Of a stretch of DNA of 64,000 bases, positions 17,529-28,719 are shown piece after piece. How positions within the stretch are numbered: position 1 is the first letter of the stretch; the number at the start of each line of letters is the position of its first letter. The notes under the pieces were generated by a model. The model had not been told where the DNA came from and searched no databases. It saw only the letters and a list, made by a program, of their open reading frames with translations. Source of the DNA: Candidatus Eiseniibacteriota bacterium (lineage in GTDB: Bacteria > Eisenbacteria > RBG-16-71-46). Made by a program: the position numbers and the translations under genes. The stretch lies in contig DASXTP010000105.1 in the NCBI GenBank assembly GCA_036505355.1, positions 2,613-66,612 on the forward strand, in the 5' to 3' direction.

Positions 17529-18377
17529 TTACCCCGTGACCCCCGCCGCCTGCTTCAGCGGCCCCAACACGGTGATCGGGACGTCGAGGTCTCCGAGCTC
17601 GGTTCCGCGTCGGGGCCCGTGATAGTCCGAGCCTCCGGTCTCGAGCAGCCCCAGACGGTTGGCGAGGCCGTGCAGGCGCTTCATCGTCGCGGGCGTGTGC
17701 TGCGGATGCCACACCTCGATGCCCTTGAGGCCGACTGCCGCCAGGCTCTCGACCACCGCCTGCGAGATCATCGAGCCGGGGTGCGCCAAGACGCTGACCC
17801 CCTGGGCCGAATGGATCAGCGCGATCGCTTCCCGTGGCGCGAACGCCGGTCGCGGGATGAACGCCGCACCGCGCGCGCTCAAATAGCGGCGAAAGGCGTC
17901 CTCGAGGTCGTGCGCGTGGCGGGCCTGGATGAGCGCCTCGGCGATGTGGGGCCGGCCGACGACACCCGGCCCGGCCAGTCGCAGCACCGCCTCCGGATCC
18001 ACCGGCGCTCCCAGCTCGCCCAGCCGCTTGACGATGTCGAGCGCGCGCTGACGTCGATCGGACCGGAAGCGAGCCAACCGCTCGTGCAACGGCTCGAATT
18101 CAGGATCGAGATAGTAGCCGAGGATGTGGAGGTCGGCGCCGTCGGAGGTCGAGGACAGCTCGATCCCCGGCACCAGCTCGAGAGCCGTGCCGGCCGCCGC
18201 GCGAGCGCGCGGCAGCGCCTCCAGGGAATCGTGGTCGGTGACGGCCAGCGCCGAGAGGCGTTTCTGGATCGCCACCGCGACCAGTTCCTCGGGCGACAGC
18301 GTGCCGTCGCTGAAATGGGTATGGGCGTGTAGGTCAACGTACCGGCCGCCCGCCGTGGGGGCCGGCCGCCACATCAC
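17529..18377 (-). CDS. PHP-domain metal-dependent phosphoesterase
   Basis: VDLHAHTHFSDG N-terminal PHP motif, further His/Asp motifs (TDHDS, HPG, GGSDYHG). ATGA overlap with the upstream TPR gene. Confidence 0.75.
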   Translation of the reverse strand: MMWRPAPTAGGRYVDLHAHTHFSDGTLSPEELVAVAIQKRLSALAVTDHDSLEALPRARAAAGTALELVPGIELSSTSDGADLHILGYYLDPEFEPLHERLARFRSDRRQRALDIVKRLGELGAPVDPEAVLRLAGPGVVGRPHIAEALIQARHAHDLEDAFRRYLSARGAAFIPRPAFAPREAIALIHSAQGVSVLAHPGSMISQAVVESLAAVGLKGIEVWHPQHTPATMKRLHGLANRLGLLETGGSDYHGPRRGTELGDLDVPITVLGPLKQAAGVTG

Positions 18378-20389
18378 GCGTTCTCCACGGCCTTGCGCAG
18401 CGCCCGCAGCTTGGTCGCCACGTCCCTGAAGCCGGGCTGAGCCGCAAACACCCGCTCGAACTCGGTCAGCGCCTCGCGCAGCTGGGCTCCGGCCTCGAGC
18501 GCCAGGCCGAGCTGATAGCGCAGCTCCAGGTTGCTCCCCGGATCCGTCCCTTCCAGCGCGAGCGCGGCCGCGAAATGCTGGATCGATTCGTCGAAGCGAC
18601 CCTGGTCGAGCAGGCAGCGCCCCATCATCTCGGCGGACCGTTGGGCGAACACCGGGTCCGAGGCGGCGATCCGGAACGACTCCATGGCCGGCTCCAACAA
18701 TCCCATCTCGCGGTAGGCCATGGCCAGATCGTAGTGGCTCTGCGCGTCGCCGGAAAGCTGGGCTTCGATGCCGCGCTGGAACTCCGAAAGCAAGGCTCCG
18801 AGGTCGAAGGAAACCGCCTCGCTCCGACCCAGCGCCATCTCGACCCGGCCGGCCGTCGCCTCGGGTGGATGCGGCGCGGCCGGCGCTTCGACGTCCGTGT
18901 CCGGCCTCAGCACCGGGGGTCCCGATTCGTGCGGAGCCGGGGGATTCCAGGCCGGCTCCAGCGCCGGCATCGAGAGTCTTTCGTGCGCCGGAGGTTCGGT
19001 CTCGGTCGCGGTCTCCGCCGTCGCCACGGTGGCCCCCGAGGCCAGCTCGCCGAGCCGAGACAGGCGTCGCTCGGCGATCGCGTTGTTCTGATCGTAGGCC
19101 TGGGCCCGTTCGAACCAGCTCCTCGCGCCCTCGAGGTCCCCGACTTGGAGAGCGCGATCCCCCAGCTCGCAGGCCACCTGCGCAGCCTCCCGCCGGTCGC
19201 CGCGCTGCTCGCAGTTCGCCAACCACAGGTCCATGAGGGCCGGCGGGGCGTGGGGACCCCGATAGAGACCGCGGTAGATCGATGCGGCGTTGTCGAGGCG
19301 CCCGACCGCCTCGTAGGCTTGGGCCGCCTCGACCAGCAGCTCGCCGGCCGCTTCGCGCTCCCCGGCGCGGAACCGCTCTTGGGCCTCGGCGAGCAAACGC
19401 TCGATCTCGGCCGCGCTGAGGAGGGTGGTCGCCTTCCGCTCGCTGGTGAGCGACGGCGGACGCTCCGCCAGGGAGGGCGAGGAGAAGTCGAGCCCGGTCT
19501 CTCCGCCGCGCGCCCGAGCCGCCGGAAAGCGCTCGATGGCATCGGGCTCGTCCTCGATCGATTCGAGGTCGTCGTCGATCCCCTCCGACGGGTCCGGGAA
19601 GGGCTGCCGGTCATGGGCCCGCTCGAGGTCGAGTCGATCGGGGGGGGCCGCCGGAAGGAAACCGATCAGACCCGGAGTCGCGTCCTCGGCCGAGGGAGCC
19701 AAGGTCGGAGTGCCGTTCAAGCTCGCCGGGGTGCGTTCGGCTTCGAAATCCGCCACCGAGCCCGGACGCATGCGCTCGGCCCGCTCCTCGCAATGCCGCG
19801 CCAGATCGTTCTGTCCCAGCCGGCGATAGTGAAACGCAGCCTCGGCCAGCGTGTGGGCCCCGGTCGCCGGATTCTCCGCCACGTGCTGTACCTGGGCCAA
19901 TCGCTCCAGCGTCCCGACTTCGTCGGGCGACGCCTCGAAGGCCTGCCGCAGGGCGACCATCGCTTCGCGCGCCCGATTCTCGCGCATCAGGTGCTCGGCG
20001 TACTGCAGGAGGTACATGGTGGCCTCGGTGGAGAGCCCGTCGAGGGCATGCAGGTGCGCCAGCCGCTCGAGGACCAGGCCGGGCGAAAGCGAGAGCCGCG
20101 ACATCTTCTTGCAGACCGCGATCGCGTTCTTGTAAAGCGCGACGCGCTCGTACGCCGTGGCGGCCGCCAGGTAACGCTCGACGGCGTTCTGCGTGTCGCC
20201 GCGCTTGAACAGCAGGTCGGCCAGCAAGACCAGGTTGTACGGGTCGGAGTCCGGGGCGGCCACCAGCTTCTCGTACTCGGCCAGCGCGCCGTCCAGGTCT
20301 CCGCTCTGGATGCAGCGCTGGGCCCGACGCTTGATCTCGATGGCCTTTTCCAAGTCGGAGGTTCTCCCCGGACCCGTTCGTCTCGGCAA
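18374..20389 (-). CDS. TPR-repeat protein with acidic/Pro-rich central linker
   Basis: Multiple 34-aa TPR-like repeats at both ends (e.g. YNLVLLADLLFKRGDTQNAVERYLAAA, ESFRIAASDPVFAQRSAEMMGRCLLDQGRFDESIQHFAAA). Confidence 0.65.
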   Translation of the reverse strand: MPRRTGPGRTSDLEKAIEIKRRAQRCIQSGDLDGALAEYEKLVAAPDSDPYNLVLLADLLFKRGDTQNAVERYLAAATAYERVALYKNAIAVCKKMSRLSLSPGLVLERLAHLHALDGLSTEATMYLLQYAEHLMRENRAREAMVALRQAFEASPDEVGTLERLAQVQHVAENPATGAHTLAEAAFHYRRLGQNDLARHCEERAERMRPGSVADFEAERTPASLNGTPTLAPSAEDATPGLIGFLPAAPPDRLDLERAHDRQPFPDPSEGIDDDLESIEDEPDAIERFPAARARGGETGLDFSSPSLAERPPSLTSERKATTLLSAAEIERLLAEAQERFRAGEREAAGELLVEAAQAYEAVGRLDNAASIYRGLYRGPHAPPALMDLWLANCEQRGDRREAAQVACELGDRALQVGDLEGARSWFERAQAYDQNNAIAERRLSRLGELASGATVATAETATETEPPAHERLSMPALEPAWNPPAPHESGPPVLRPDTDVEAPAAPHPPEATAGRVEMALGRSEAVSFDLGALLSEFQRGIEAQLSGDAQSHYDLAMAYREMGLLEPAMESFRIAASDPVFAQRSAEMMGRCLLDQGRFDESIQHFAAALALEGTDPGSNLELRYQLGLALEAGAQLREALTEFERVFAAQPGFRDVATKLRALRKAVENA

Positions 20390-20437
20390 GAGCGCAGGCG
20401 AATGCGCCGGGCGGGCCCTTCGGGACGGATTCGATCC

Positions 20438-21973
20438 CTAGGAAGCGCCCAGGACGGAACGCACCACGCCCCGGCAGTCCTCGCTGGCCTCGGCGAGCGC
20501 GGACTCGAGGCGGCGCAAATCCATCTCCACCCCTTGCTTATCGGCGCCGTCGGGTATGGACTTCAGGTTGATTTCGACGTTGAGGAGGGCTCCCTCGGCA
20601 GCCGCCCGGGCCAAAAGCCCCGCCACCCCCGCATCGGTGATCGCGTTGACGTTGCCCCACTTGGCAACCGCCGCCGCCACCTCCACCAACCGCAGGCAGG
20701 CCGCGGCGGTTCGCAACGGAACGCGTGCCGCCTCGAGGTTGGCCTGCGCCAATGCTCGGGCGCGGGCGTCCGCCTCGGACGCCGTGGCATGGGCGAGGCG
20801 CCCCGCCTTCAACACCGCCTCGAAGGCTTCGCCATCGGCCCGCGCCAGCCCCATCAGCTCGCCCCGCAAGGCTTCGGCGTCGCGCCTGAGATCCCGCAGC
20901 GTCGCCTCCTGCTCGGCGTACTTCTTCTTGCCGGTCGAGAGGTTCGCCACCATGGTGACCAGGCAGCTCGCCAGCGCGCCGGCGAACGCCGCCGCCGTTC
21001 CGCCACCCGGCGTGGGCGTCGGGCCGGCGAGTTGATCGAAGAAGCTGGCAATCGAAGTCGCCTCGGCGAGCGGAGGGCGCTTGAGCCTCCGCTCGAGCAC
21101 CTGGTCGCGCCGGAAGCTCTCGAGCTGCAGCGCGTGCTCCGCCGCATCGAGGAGACAGTACTCGGGCACCAGTCCCACGACCTCGCAGCCGGCGATCGCC
21201 GCCCCACGGCGCGCCGCCTCGTCGCGCACCAGGGCCAGCACGCGATGGATCGGCGTCGCCTCGGTGTTGACCAGGTTCATGCTCACCTGCGCCCGACGCC
21301 CGCCCTCGATCGAGAAGCCGAGCGCCCGCACGTGCTTGAGCCCGCCGTTCTGCTCGCGGATCGCCCGCGCGATCGCCTGCGCGATGCGCACGTCGCCGGT
21401 GTTGAGGTTGGCGTTGAACGCCACCAGAAAACGCCGCGCCCCAACCGCCGTCGCCCCGGCCTTCGGGTGAATCTTCGCCGGGCCGAAATCGGGCGCGCGC
21501 GCGGGGTCTTTGCCGATCCGCTCGCGCAGGCCTTCGAATTCGCCGCGGCGCACGTCGGCCAGGCTCACGCGGTCGGGACGCGAGGCGGCGGCCTCGTAGA
21601 GGAACACCGGGATCTCGAGCTCCTCGCCGATGCGCAGACCCAGGGCGCGGGCCAGGTCGGCGCACTCGTCCAACGTGAGCCCCTCGATCGGCACGAACGG
21701 CACCACGTCGGTCGCCCCCATGCGCGGATGCTCGCCCCGGTGATGGTTCAAGTCGATCAGCTCGGCCGCGCGGCGCACCGCGCGAAAGGCGGCCTCCATC
21801 ACCGCTTCCGGCTCGCCGGCGAAGGTCACGACCGAGCGATGGTGATCGGGGTCCATCTCGCTGTCGAGGAACGTGGCGCCGGGGACCGAGGTGATGGCGC
21901 GGATCAGGTCGTCCACCACCTCGCGGCGGCGGCCTTCCGAGAAGTTGGGCACGCACTCGACGAGTCGGGTCAT
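20438..21973 (-). CDS. ftcD: glutamate formimidoyltransferase / formimidoyltetrahydrofolate cyclodeaminase (bifunctional)
   Basis: N-terminus MTRLVECVPNFSEGRR is the formiminotransferase signature. The C-terminal ~190 aa are the helical cyclodeaminase domain. Confidence 0.85.
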   Translation of the reverse strand: MTRLVECVPNFSEGRRREVVDDLIRAITSVPGATFLDSEMDPDHHRSVVTFAGEPEAVMEAAFRAVRRAAELIDLNHHRGEHPRMGATDVVPFVPIEGLTLDECADLARALGLRIGEELEIPVFLYEAAASRPDRVSLADVRRGEFEGLRERIGKDPARAPDFGPAKIHPKAGATAVGARRFLVAFNANLNTGDVRIAQAIARAIREQNGGLKHVRALGFSIEGGRRAQVSMNLVNTEATPIHRVLALVRDEAARRGAAIAGCEVVGLVPEYCLLDAAEHALQLESFRRDQVLERRLKRPPLAEATSIASFFDQLAGPTPTPGGGTAAAFAGALASCLVTMVANLSTGKKKYAEQEATLRDLRRDAEALRGELMGLARADGEAFEAVLKAGRLAHATASEADARARALAQANLEAARVPLRTAAACLRLVEVAAAVAKWGNVNAITDAGVAGLLARAAAEGALLNVEINLKSIPDGADKQGVEMDLRRLESALAEASEDCRGVVRSVLGAS

Positions 21974-22022
21974 GACCGGGGCCTGGTTCGAGCACGACGC
22001 GCGTCGGGGATCGCGGCCCCGC

Positions 22023-23330
22023 TCACGGCCACACCCGCCGCTCCATCGCCGGCAGCGCCAGGTCGGCGCCGCGCACGAACACGCAGTCCGGGCGCACCGC
22101 CGGCATCCAGTAGGGCAGCTCCTCGAGGGTCTCGCATTCCCAGGTCACCGCATCCCCCGATGCCCCGGGGTTCAAGTGCCCCACTTGATCTTGCAGGCCG
22201 AGCGCCTTGGCGGCATTCCAGGTGATGGCGAGCAGTAGCTCTTCGGGCCGGAATCCGCACAGTCGCGCTGCCAGCGCCGCGCACTCGAGCAGCGATTGGG
22301 CGGGGGCAGTGCCGGGGTTGAAGTCGGTGGCGATCGCGACCCGCGCCCCACTCTTGCGCAGCATGCGGGCCTTGGGCAGGCGCTGGCCCAACGTGAGCGC
22401 GGCGGCCGGCAGCAGCACCCCCACCGTGCCCGACGCCGCCAGGGCCGCCCAATCTTCCTCGGTCGCCTTCTCGAGGTGGTCGGCCGAAAGGGCCCCGAGC
22501 TCGGCCGCGAGCCGCGCCCCGCCGCTGTGCTCCAGCTGATCGGCGTGCACCCGCAGCCCCATGCCGTGCTCGCGCGCCCGCGTGAGCACGCGCCGGCATT
22601 CCTCGACCGTGAACGCCACCGGATCGCAAAACACGTCCACCGCGGTGGCGAGCTCACGGCTCACGATCTCCGGCATCAGATCGCACATCGCCTCGACGTA
22701 GTCGCCGCGACGCTCGTGGTACTCCTCGGGCAGCGCGTGCAGCAGCAGCGCCGTGCGCTGCACCCGCACCGGTACCCGCTGCACCGCCCCGCGCATCAAC
22801 CCAAGCAGGCGCAGCTCGTCCCGCGGCTTGAGCCCATAGCCGCTCTTGACCTCGACGGTGGTGCAGCCACTGGCGCGCCAGCGCTCGAGACGCGCGGCCA
22901 GCGACTTCTCGAGCGCCTCGTCGCGCTCGGTGGTGGTGGCGCGCACCGTCGTCCGAATGCCGCCGCCGCCGGCCGCGATCTTGGCGTAGCTCTCGCCGCC
23001 GAGCTTGCGCCGGAACTCCTGGGCCCGATGACCGGCGAAGATCATGTGGGTGTGGCAGTCCACCAGCCCCGGCGTGACGAGCCGCCCGTTGGCGTTGATC
23101 GGGCGCGCCTCGCCGTGGCGTCGCATCAGCTCGGCGCTGATTCCGACCTCGAGCACGCGGCCGTCCCGGAACACCACCGCCCCCTTCGGGTAGCGGATGA
23201 CGCCGCGGCCTTCCGGATCGGGGGTGACCACCTCGGAGGCGTTGTAGAGCAACAGATACGCCGCGCGCCCGGCGACGGTCCGCACCGAGGGATCGCGCGC
23301 CGGCCCGACCGTGGTCGACGGCTTTGCCAT
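22023..23330 (-). CDS. hutI: imidazolonepropionase
   Basis: Amidohydrolase fold with LVTPGLVDCHTHMIFAG and later HADQ/D motifs. Position in the hut operon. Confidence 0.9.
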   Translation of the reverse strand: MAKPSTTVGPARDPSVRTVAGRAAYLLLYNASEVVTPDPEGRGVIRYPKGAVVFRDGRVLEVGISAELMRRHGEARPINANGRLVTPGLVDCHTHMIFAGHRAQEFRRKLGGESYAKIAAGGGGIRTTVRATTTERDEALEKSLAARLERWRASGCTTVEVKSGYGLKPRDELRLLGLMRGAVQRVPVRVQRTALLLHALPEEYHERRGDYVEAMCDLMPEIVSRELATAVDVFCDPVAFTVEECRRVLTRAREHGMGLRVHADQLEHSGGARLAAELGALSADHLEKATEEDWAALAASGTVGVLLPAAALTLGQRLPKARMLRKSGARVAIATDFNPGTAPAQSLLECAALAARLCGFRPEELLLAITWNAAKALGLQDQVGHLNPGASGDAVTWECETLEELPYWMPAVRPDCVFVRGADLALPAMERRVWP

Positions 23331-23331
23331 G

Positions 23332-25017
23332 TCAGTCGGTGACTCCCGGCAGCTTCATCCCGGTTCGGCGCGCGTGCTCGATGGCTTCGGGGTAGCCGGC
23401 GTCGGCGTGCCGCATCACCCCGGTTCCCGGGTCGTTCGTCAACACCCTCGTCAGCCGCTCGTCGGCCGCCGCGCTGCCGTCACAGACCACCACCATGCCG
23501 GCATGGATCGAGTTGCCGATGCCTACCCCACCGCCATGATGCACGCTCACCCACGAGGCGCCCGAGGCGGTGTTGAGCAGGGCGTTCAAGATCGGCCAGT
23601 CGGCCACCGCGTCGCTGCCGTCCCGCATCCCCTCGGTTTCACGAAACGGCGACGCCACCGAGCCGGCGTCGAGATGGTCCCGCCCGATCACGATCGGGGC
23701 GGCGAGTCGACCTTCGCGCACCATGCGGTTGAAGCGCATCCCGAGCCGCGCCCGCTCGCCGTGGCCCAACCAGCAGATCCGCGCCGGCAGTCCTTGGAAG
23801 CGCACCTGCTTCTGGGCCAGCGGGATCCAGCGGTGGAGCCGGGCATCGTGTGGAAACTCCTCGAGCGCCGCCTGGTCGGTGGCCAGGATGTCGGCGGGCT
23901 CGCCCGAAAGCGCCGCCCAACGGAACGGTCCCTTGCCGACGCAGAACAGCGGCCGCACGTATTCGGGCACGAAGCCCGGATACGAGAACGCCTGATCGTG
24001 CGGCAGCCCGCCTTGCTCGGCCTCGCCCCGCAGGTTGTTGCCGTAGTCGAACAGCACGGTGCCCCGCGCCTTCCAGGTCAACAGCGCCCGCACCTGCTGC
24101 GCCATCGAGGCGCGGGCCCGGCGCACGTGCTCCTCGGGCTGTCGCGCGCGCAGCTCGGCCGCCTGCTCGAGCGAGAGCCCGGCCGGGACGTAGCCGTTGA
24201 GCGGATCGTGAGCCGACGTCTGGTCGGTGGCCACGTCGGGCTTGAGGCCGCGCTCGAGCAGCAGGGCGTGCACTTCGGCCGCGTTACCCACCAGGCCCAC
24301 CGACAACGGCCGCCTCGACTCCGCGGCTCCCCGCGCCCACGCCAGCGCCTCGTCCAGCGAACGGGTGAGCCGGTCGCAGTAGCCGGTCTCGACGCGGCGT
24401 CGCGCCCGCGCTTCGTCCACCTCGACCGCCAGACACACGCCCCCGTTCATGGTGATCGCGAGCGGCTGCGCCCCCCCCATGCCACCCAGCCCGGCGGTGA
24501 GCACCACGCGACCAGCCAGTGAACCGCCGAAATGGCGCGCCGCGCACTCGGCGAAGGTCTCGAAGGTGCCCTGGACGATGCCCTGAGAGCCGATGTAGAT
24601 CCAGGAGCCGGCGGTCATCTGACCGAACATGATGAGGCCCTTGCCCTCCAGCTCCCAGAAGTGCTCCCAGGTCGCCCAGCGCGGCACCAGCAGCGAGTTG
24701 GCGATCAGGACGCGGGGCGCGTGGGGGTGGGTGCGGAACACTCCCACCGCCTTGCCCGACTGCACCAGCAACGTCTCGTCGTTCTCGAGTGCGCGGAGTG
24801 CTACGACCAGGCCATCGAAGGCCGCCCACGAGCGGGCCGCCTTGCCGGTGCCACCGTAGACCACGAGATCGTCGGGGCGCTCGGCGACCTCGGGATCGAG
24901 GTTGTTCATCAACATGCGGAGCGCGGCTTCCTGGGTCCACCCCTTGCACGACTGCGCCGTCCCGCGCGGCGCCCGCACGGTCCGTGCCTGGGAACGGCTC
25001 GTGATCACGGCGCTCAT
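23332..25017 (-). CDS. hutU: urocanate hydratase
   Basis: [41 protein letters not shown] matches the HutU N-terminus. ATGA overlap with hutH. Confidence 0.9.
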   Translation of the reverse strand: MSAVITSRSQARTVRAPRGTAQSCKGWTQEAALRMLMNNLDPEVAERPDDLVVYGGTGKAARSWAAFDGLVVALRALENDETLLVQSGKAVGVFRTHPHAPRVLIANSLLVPRWATWEHFWELEGKGLIMFGQMTAGSWIYIGSQGIVQGTFETFAECAARHFGGSLAGRVVLTAGLGGMGGAQPLAITMNGGVCLAVEVDEARARRRVETGYCDRLTRSLDEALAWARGAAESRRPLSVGLVGNAAEVHALLLERGLKPDVATDQTSAHDPLNGYVPAGLSLEQAAELRARQPEEHVRRARASMAQQVRALLTWKARGTVLFDYGNNLRGEAEQGGLPHDQAFSYPGFVPEYVRPLFCVGKGPFRWAALSGEPADILATDQAALEEFPHDARLHRWIPLAQKQVRFQGLPARICWLGHGERARLGMRFNRMVREGRLAAPIVIGRDHLDAGSVASPFRETEGMRDGSDAVADWPILNALLNTASGASWVSVHHGGGVGIGNSIHAGMVVVCDGSAAADERLTRVLTNDPGTGVMRHADAGYPEAIEHARRTGMKLPGVTD

Positions 25018-26543
25018 GACGCCAACACCTCCTCGGCCAGGCGCACCGGCGCCTTCGACACCACCCATCGCGCGACCACCTCGCACGGCTCGGACAACGG
25101 CCGATCGCCCTCGGGCGCCGGCGCCAACCGGCGCACCGCTCCATAGAGCCGCTCCGCGCCCTGGCCGGCCTGGAGCGGCCGCCGGAACTCGAGCGCGCGA
25201 CAGGCGCACAGCAGCTCGAGCGCCACCACCCGGGCCGCGTTGTCGACCACCTGGCGCAGGTGCCGCGCCGCGATCGGCGCCATGCTCACGTGGTCCTCGA
25301 GGCCGCCGCCGGTGGGAATGGAGTCGACGCTCGCCGGATGGCAGAGCACCTTGTTCTCCGACACCAACGCGGCCGCGGTGTACTGGGCCATCATGTACCC
25401 CGACTCGAGGCCCGGCTCGCTCGCCAGTACGGCTGGCAGCTCCGAGACCCGCCCGTCGGTGAGGCGGTCGATGCGGCGCTCGGACAGCGATGCCACCTCG
25501 GCAACCGCGATCTTGAGGTAGTCGGCGGCCAGCGCCACCGGCTGGGCGTGGAACAATCCCGCCGAGATCACGATACCCGGTTCGGCCAACACCAGCGGAT
25601 TGTCGTTCACGCTGTTGATCTCGACCTCGAGCTGGCGCTCGACGTGGATCAGGGCATCCCACGATGCGCCCATCACCTGGGGCACGCAGCGCAGGCTGTA
25701 GGCGTCCTGCACGCGGTCGCAGTTGGCGTGGGATGCCACCAGCGCGCTGCCCTCCGAGTACGCGCGCAAGCGCCGCGCGGTCTCGAGCGCGCCCGGATAG
25801 GGCCGCAATCCCTGGACGTCGGCGCGCGCCGGCTGGAAGGAGCCGAGCAGCACCTCGGTGGACAACGCCGCCGCGGCGACCGCCGCTTCCCACAACGCCC
25901 GCGCATCCACGCACGCCAGCGCCGCCAAGGCGGTCGAGAGCTGGGTGCCGTTGATGAGCGCCAGCCCTTCCTTGGCCTCGAGCGTCAGCGGCTGGAGACC
26001 CGCGCCGCGCAGCGCCAAGGCGGCCGGCATGCGCTGGGCGCCGTGATCCGACCCGAGCCACGCTTCTCCTTCCCCGACCAGCACCAACGCCAGGTGGGCG
26101 AGCGGCGCCAGATCGCCCGAGGCGCCGACCGAACCCTGCAGGGGGATGACCGGCGTCAGGTTGCGCTCGAGCAACTGGAGCAGGGCGTCCACCAGCTCGG
26201 GCCGGCAGCCCGAGCAGCCGCGCGACAGCGACGCGGCGCGCAAGAAGATCATGGCCCGGGAAACGTCGCGAGACGCCAGGGGCCCGACGCCAGCCGAGTG
26301 CGAGCGCAGCAGGTTGAGCTGGAGCTGGCGCACTTGCTCGGGCTCGATCGGGTGATCCTTGAGCTCCCCGAAGCCCGTGGTCACGCCGTACACCGCCCGC
26401 CCCTCGGCGAGCGCGGTCTCGATCACCCGCCGGCTCGCCACCAGGCGCTGGCGCGCCGACTTGCCCAGGGTCACCGGAGCGCCCTTCCGGGCCACCTGCA
26501 CCACGTCGCCCAACCCGAGCGGCCGACTCCCGAGCTCGATCAC
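25014..26543 (-). CDS. hutH: histidine ammonia-lyase
   Basis: [15 protein letters not shown] carries the Ala-Ser-Gly triad that forms the MIO cofactor. Confidence 0.9.
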   Translation of the reverse strand: MIELGSRPLGLGDVVQVARKGAPVTLGKSARQRLVASRRVIETALAEGRAVYGVTTGFGELKDHPIEPEQVRQLQLNLLRSHSAGVGPLASRDVSRAMIFLRAASLSRGCSGCRPELVDALLQLLERNLTPVIPLQGSVGASGDLAPLAHLALVLVGEGEAWLGSDHGAQRMPAALALRGAGLQPLTLEAKEGLALINGTQLSTALAALACVDARALWEAAVAAAALSTEVLLGSFQPARADVQGLRPYPGALETARRLRAYSEGSALVASHANCDRVQDAYSLRCVPQVMGASWDALIHVERQLEVEINSVNDNPLVLAEPGIVISAGLFHAQPVALAADYLKIAVAEVASLSERRIDRLTDGRVSELPAVLASEPGLESGYMMAQYTAAALVSENKVLCHPASVDSIPTGGGLEDHVSMAPIAARHLRQVVDNAARVVALELLCACRALEFRRPLQAGQGAERLYGAVRRLAPAPEGDRPLSEPCEVVARWVVSKAPVRLAEEVLAS

Positions 26544-28712
26544 CCCTGCTCCTCGGAAAGGGCCTCACAGACTCGCGGCCCACCCAGAAACTCGGCCGCC
26601 TCCCGGGCCAGCGCCCGGGCGTCGCCCAAGAGGCGCGGCGTGACCGGAAGCGCGTCGAGAAACGGGCCACGGTAGGAGGCTTTCGCCAGGCGCGCGTCGC
26701 ACACCACCAGCACGCCCCGGTCGTCGGCGCGACGGATCAGGCGCCCGACCCCCTGGCGGAAGCGCAGCACCGCCTCCGGCACGCTGTCGTTCCGGAACGG
26801 GTCGAGCCCGCGCTCGCGGAGTCGCTCGCCCCGCGCTTCGACCAACGGATCGTCGGGCACCGAAAACGGCAGCTTCGCCACCACCAGGATCTCCAGGGTC
26901 TCACCGGGGAAGTCGACACCTTCCCACAGGTTCTGAACTCCGAGCAAGATCGCACCGCGCCGCTCCCGGAACCGCTCGCTGACCCGGCTCGCCGGGCCGT
27001 CCCATTCCTGGGCCAGCAGCAGGCGTCCCGACGGCAGGCGGCCGAGCAAGTGCTCGCGGACGCGGCGCAGCCGCTCGTGAGCGGTGAAGAGCACCAGCTG
27101 GCTGCGGTCGGTGTGCTCGGCAAGCGAGGCGACCACCTCGGCGATGTCGCGGGCCTCGTCGTCCGAGGCGCGGGCATGGATGAAGGTCTTCATCTGGCGC
27201 TCGAGCGGGAACGGGGACGGGTAGGAGGCCACTTCCACGTCCCCCTCGTTCCGATCCTCGAGTCCCAAGCGCTCGGCGACGAACCGGAAGTCACCACCGG
27301 CCGACAGGGTGGCCGAGGTGAGCACCGTCGCACGCGCGCGGTCCACCACCAGACGCCGGGCATGTCGCCCCACCGAGACCGGTGACCCGTGCAGCTCGAC
27401 GCCCCGCCCCGATCCCCCGCCGGGCGCGGCGGTCGTTCCCGGCTGCCGTCCGGTGCGCCAGTACACCCAGTCCCGCTCCGCAGCCTCGGCCAGATGCTCG
27501 AGGTCTCCCCCCAGGGTCCGCCACACCGCGGCGCCGCGCTCGAGCTCCGCAGCCAGATCCTCCACCGAGACCGAAGCGCCCGAATCCCCGCGCACCGCCA
27601 CGTCGGCGACCCGCGACGCCAGCATACCGAGGGAACGCGCGAAGCTCTCACACCCGGAGAGCAGCGCCTCCAAGGGCTCGAGATCGGACCCCAGCAGCTC
27701 CCCCACCGATCGATAGCGTTGACGCGAGCCGTACAGCTCGTCGCGCTCGCTCCGAGGCTCGACCGCTTGGAAGAAGCGCTCGATCTCGGCCCGGGTGCCG
27801 GTCGCTCTCTCGAGCAAGCGGTCCACCTCGGCCGCCACCTCGGCTCGCGGCGCCTCCTGGAACAGCGGCAGCATCAGGCCGCGCACCCTCGCAGCGAGCC
27901 CCCGCGGCGCTCCAGCGCCGGCAGCGCGCCCGCTCCCCAGCAAGCGAAGCGCCTCCTCCATGCGGTGGCGCGAGACCGAGCGTTCGAGCTGCGCGAGCAA
28001 TACCCCTTCCAGGCGGTGGGCCTCGTCCACCACCAGCAGGTCGAACTTCGGCAGCAGCCCCTCGGTCTCACCCGAGAGCGCCAGTACCGCATGATTCACG
28101 ATCAGGAGCCGGGCCTCCCCGGCGCGCCTGCGCGCCGTCGCCCAGGGGCATTCGCGGGCGCGGCGGCAGGTCAAGGTCGAGCAGGCCACCGGGTCGGCCG
28201 CCACCCGGGGGCGCAGTCGCCGGTAGGTCTCGGCATCCGAGGCCGGGAAGCGGTCGAGATCCCCCTCGGGGTCGGACGCGCCCCATCGCTTGAGCTGCTC
28301 GAGCGTTTCGACCTCTTCGGCGCCGGCGCTCCATAGGGCTTCCAGGGCTCGCGGGCACAGGTAGTTCTGCTTGCCCTTGAGCCGGGCACAGGGAAGGCTC
28401 ACCCCCAATACTTCGAGCAACGCCGGAAGATCGCGCTCGAAGAGCTGGTCCTGGAGGGATTTGGTACAGGTGGCAATGACGGTGCGCTGGCCCGTCTCGA
28501 GTCCGGCCAGCACGGCGGGCAGCAAGTACGCCAAGGACTTGCCGACCCCGGTCGGGGCCTCGGCGAAGAGCACGCCCCCCTGCTCGAACACCCGTGCCAC
28601 GTCGGCGGCCATGACGCGCTGGGCCGCACGGTCCTCATAGCGCGGCCAGGCGGTGGCCAACCGTCCGTCGGCGCGAAACAGTGCCTCGACCCGATCCCTC
28701 AGCGACACGCGC
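26540..28712 (-). CDS. dinG: ATP-dependent DNA helicase, DinG/Rad3-like (DEAD_2 + helicase C)
   Basis: Walker A ([10 protein letters not shown]), DEAH box ([11 protein letters not shown]), C-terminal helicase motifs. GTG start after GGGGAG. The listed 1220-aa ORF is a read-through artefact. Confidence 0.8.
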
Positions 28713-28719
28713 GCTCCCC

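Noticed and set aside
16183-17535. AATTACC present on both sides of the IS630 region, considered as a 7-bp target-site duplication
   Set aside because: The two copies are not immediately adjacent to the inverted repeats (the right one is 180 bp away, beyond the hairpin element). IS630 family members duplicate TA, so this is likely coincidental.
18575-22225. 1216-aa + strand ORF and many other long + strand ORFs (e.g. 27382-28336, 23311-24522, 31335-33230, 49764-52427)
   Set aside because: Arg/Pro/Gly-rich low-complexity translations lying antisense to well-supported minus-strand genes, which is the typical shadow-ORF artefact of ~70% GC DNA.
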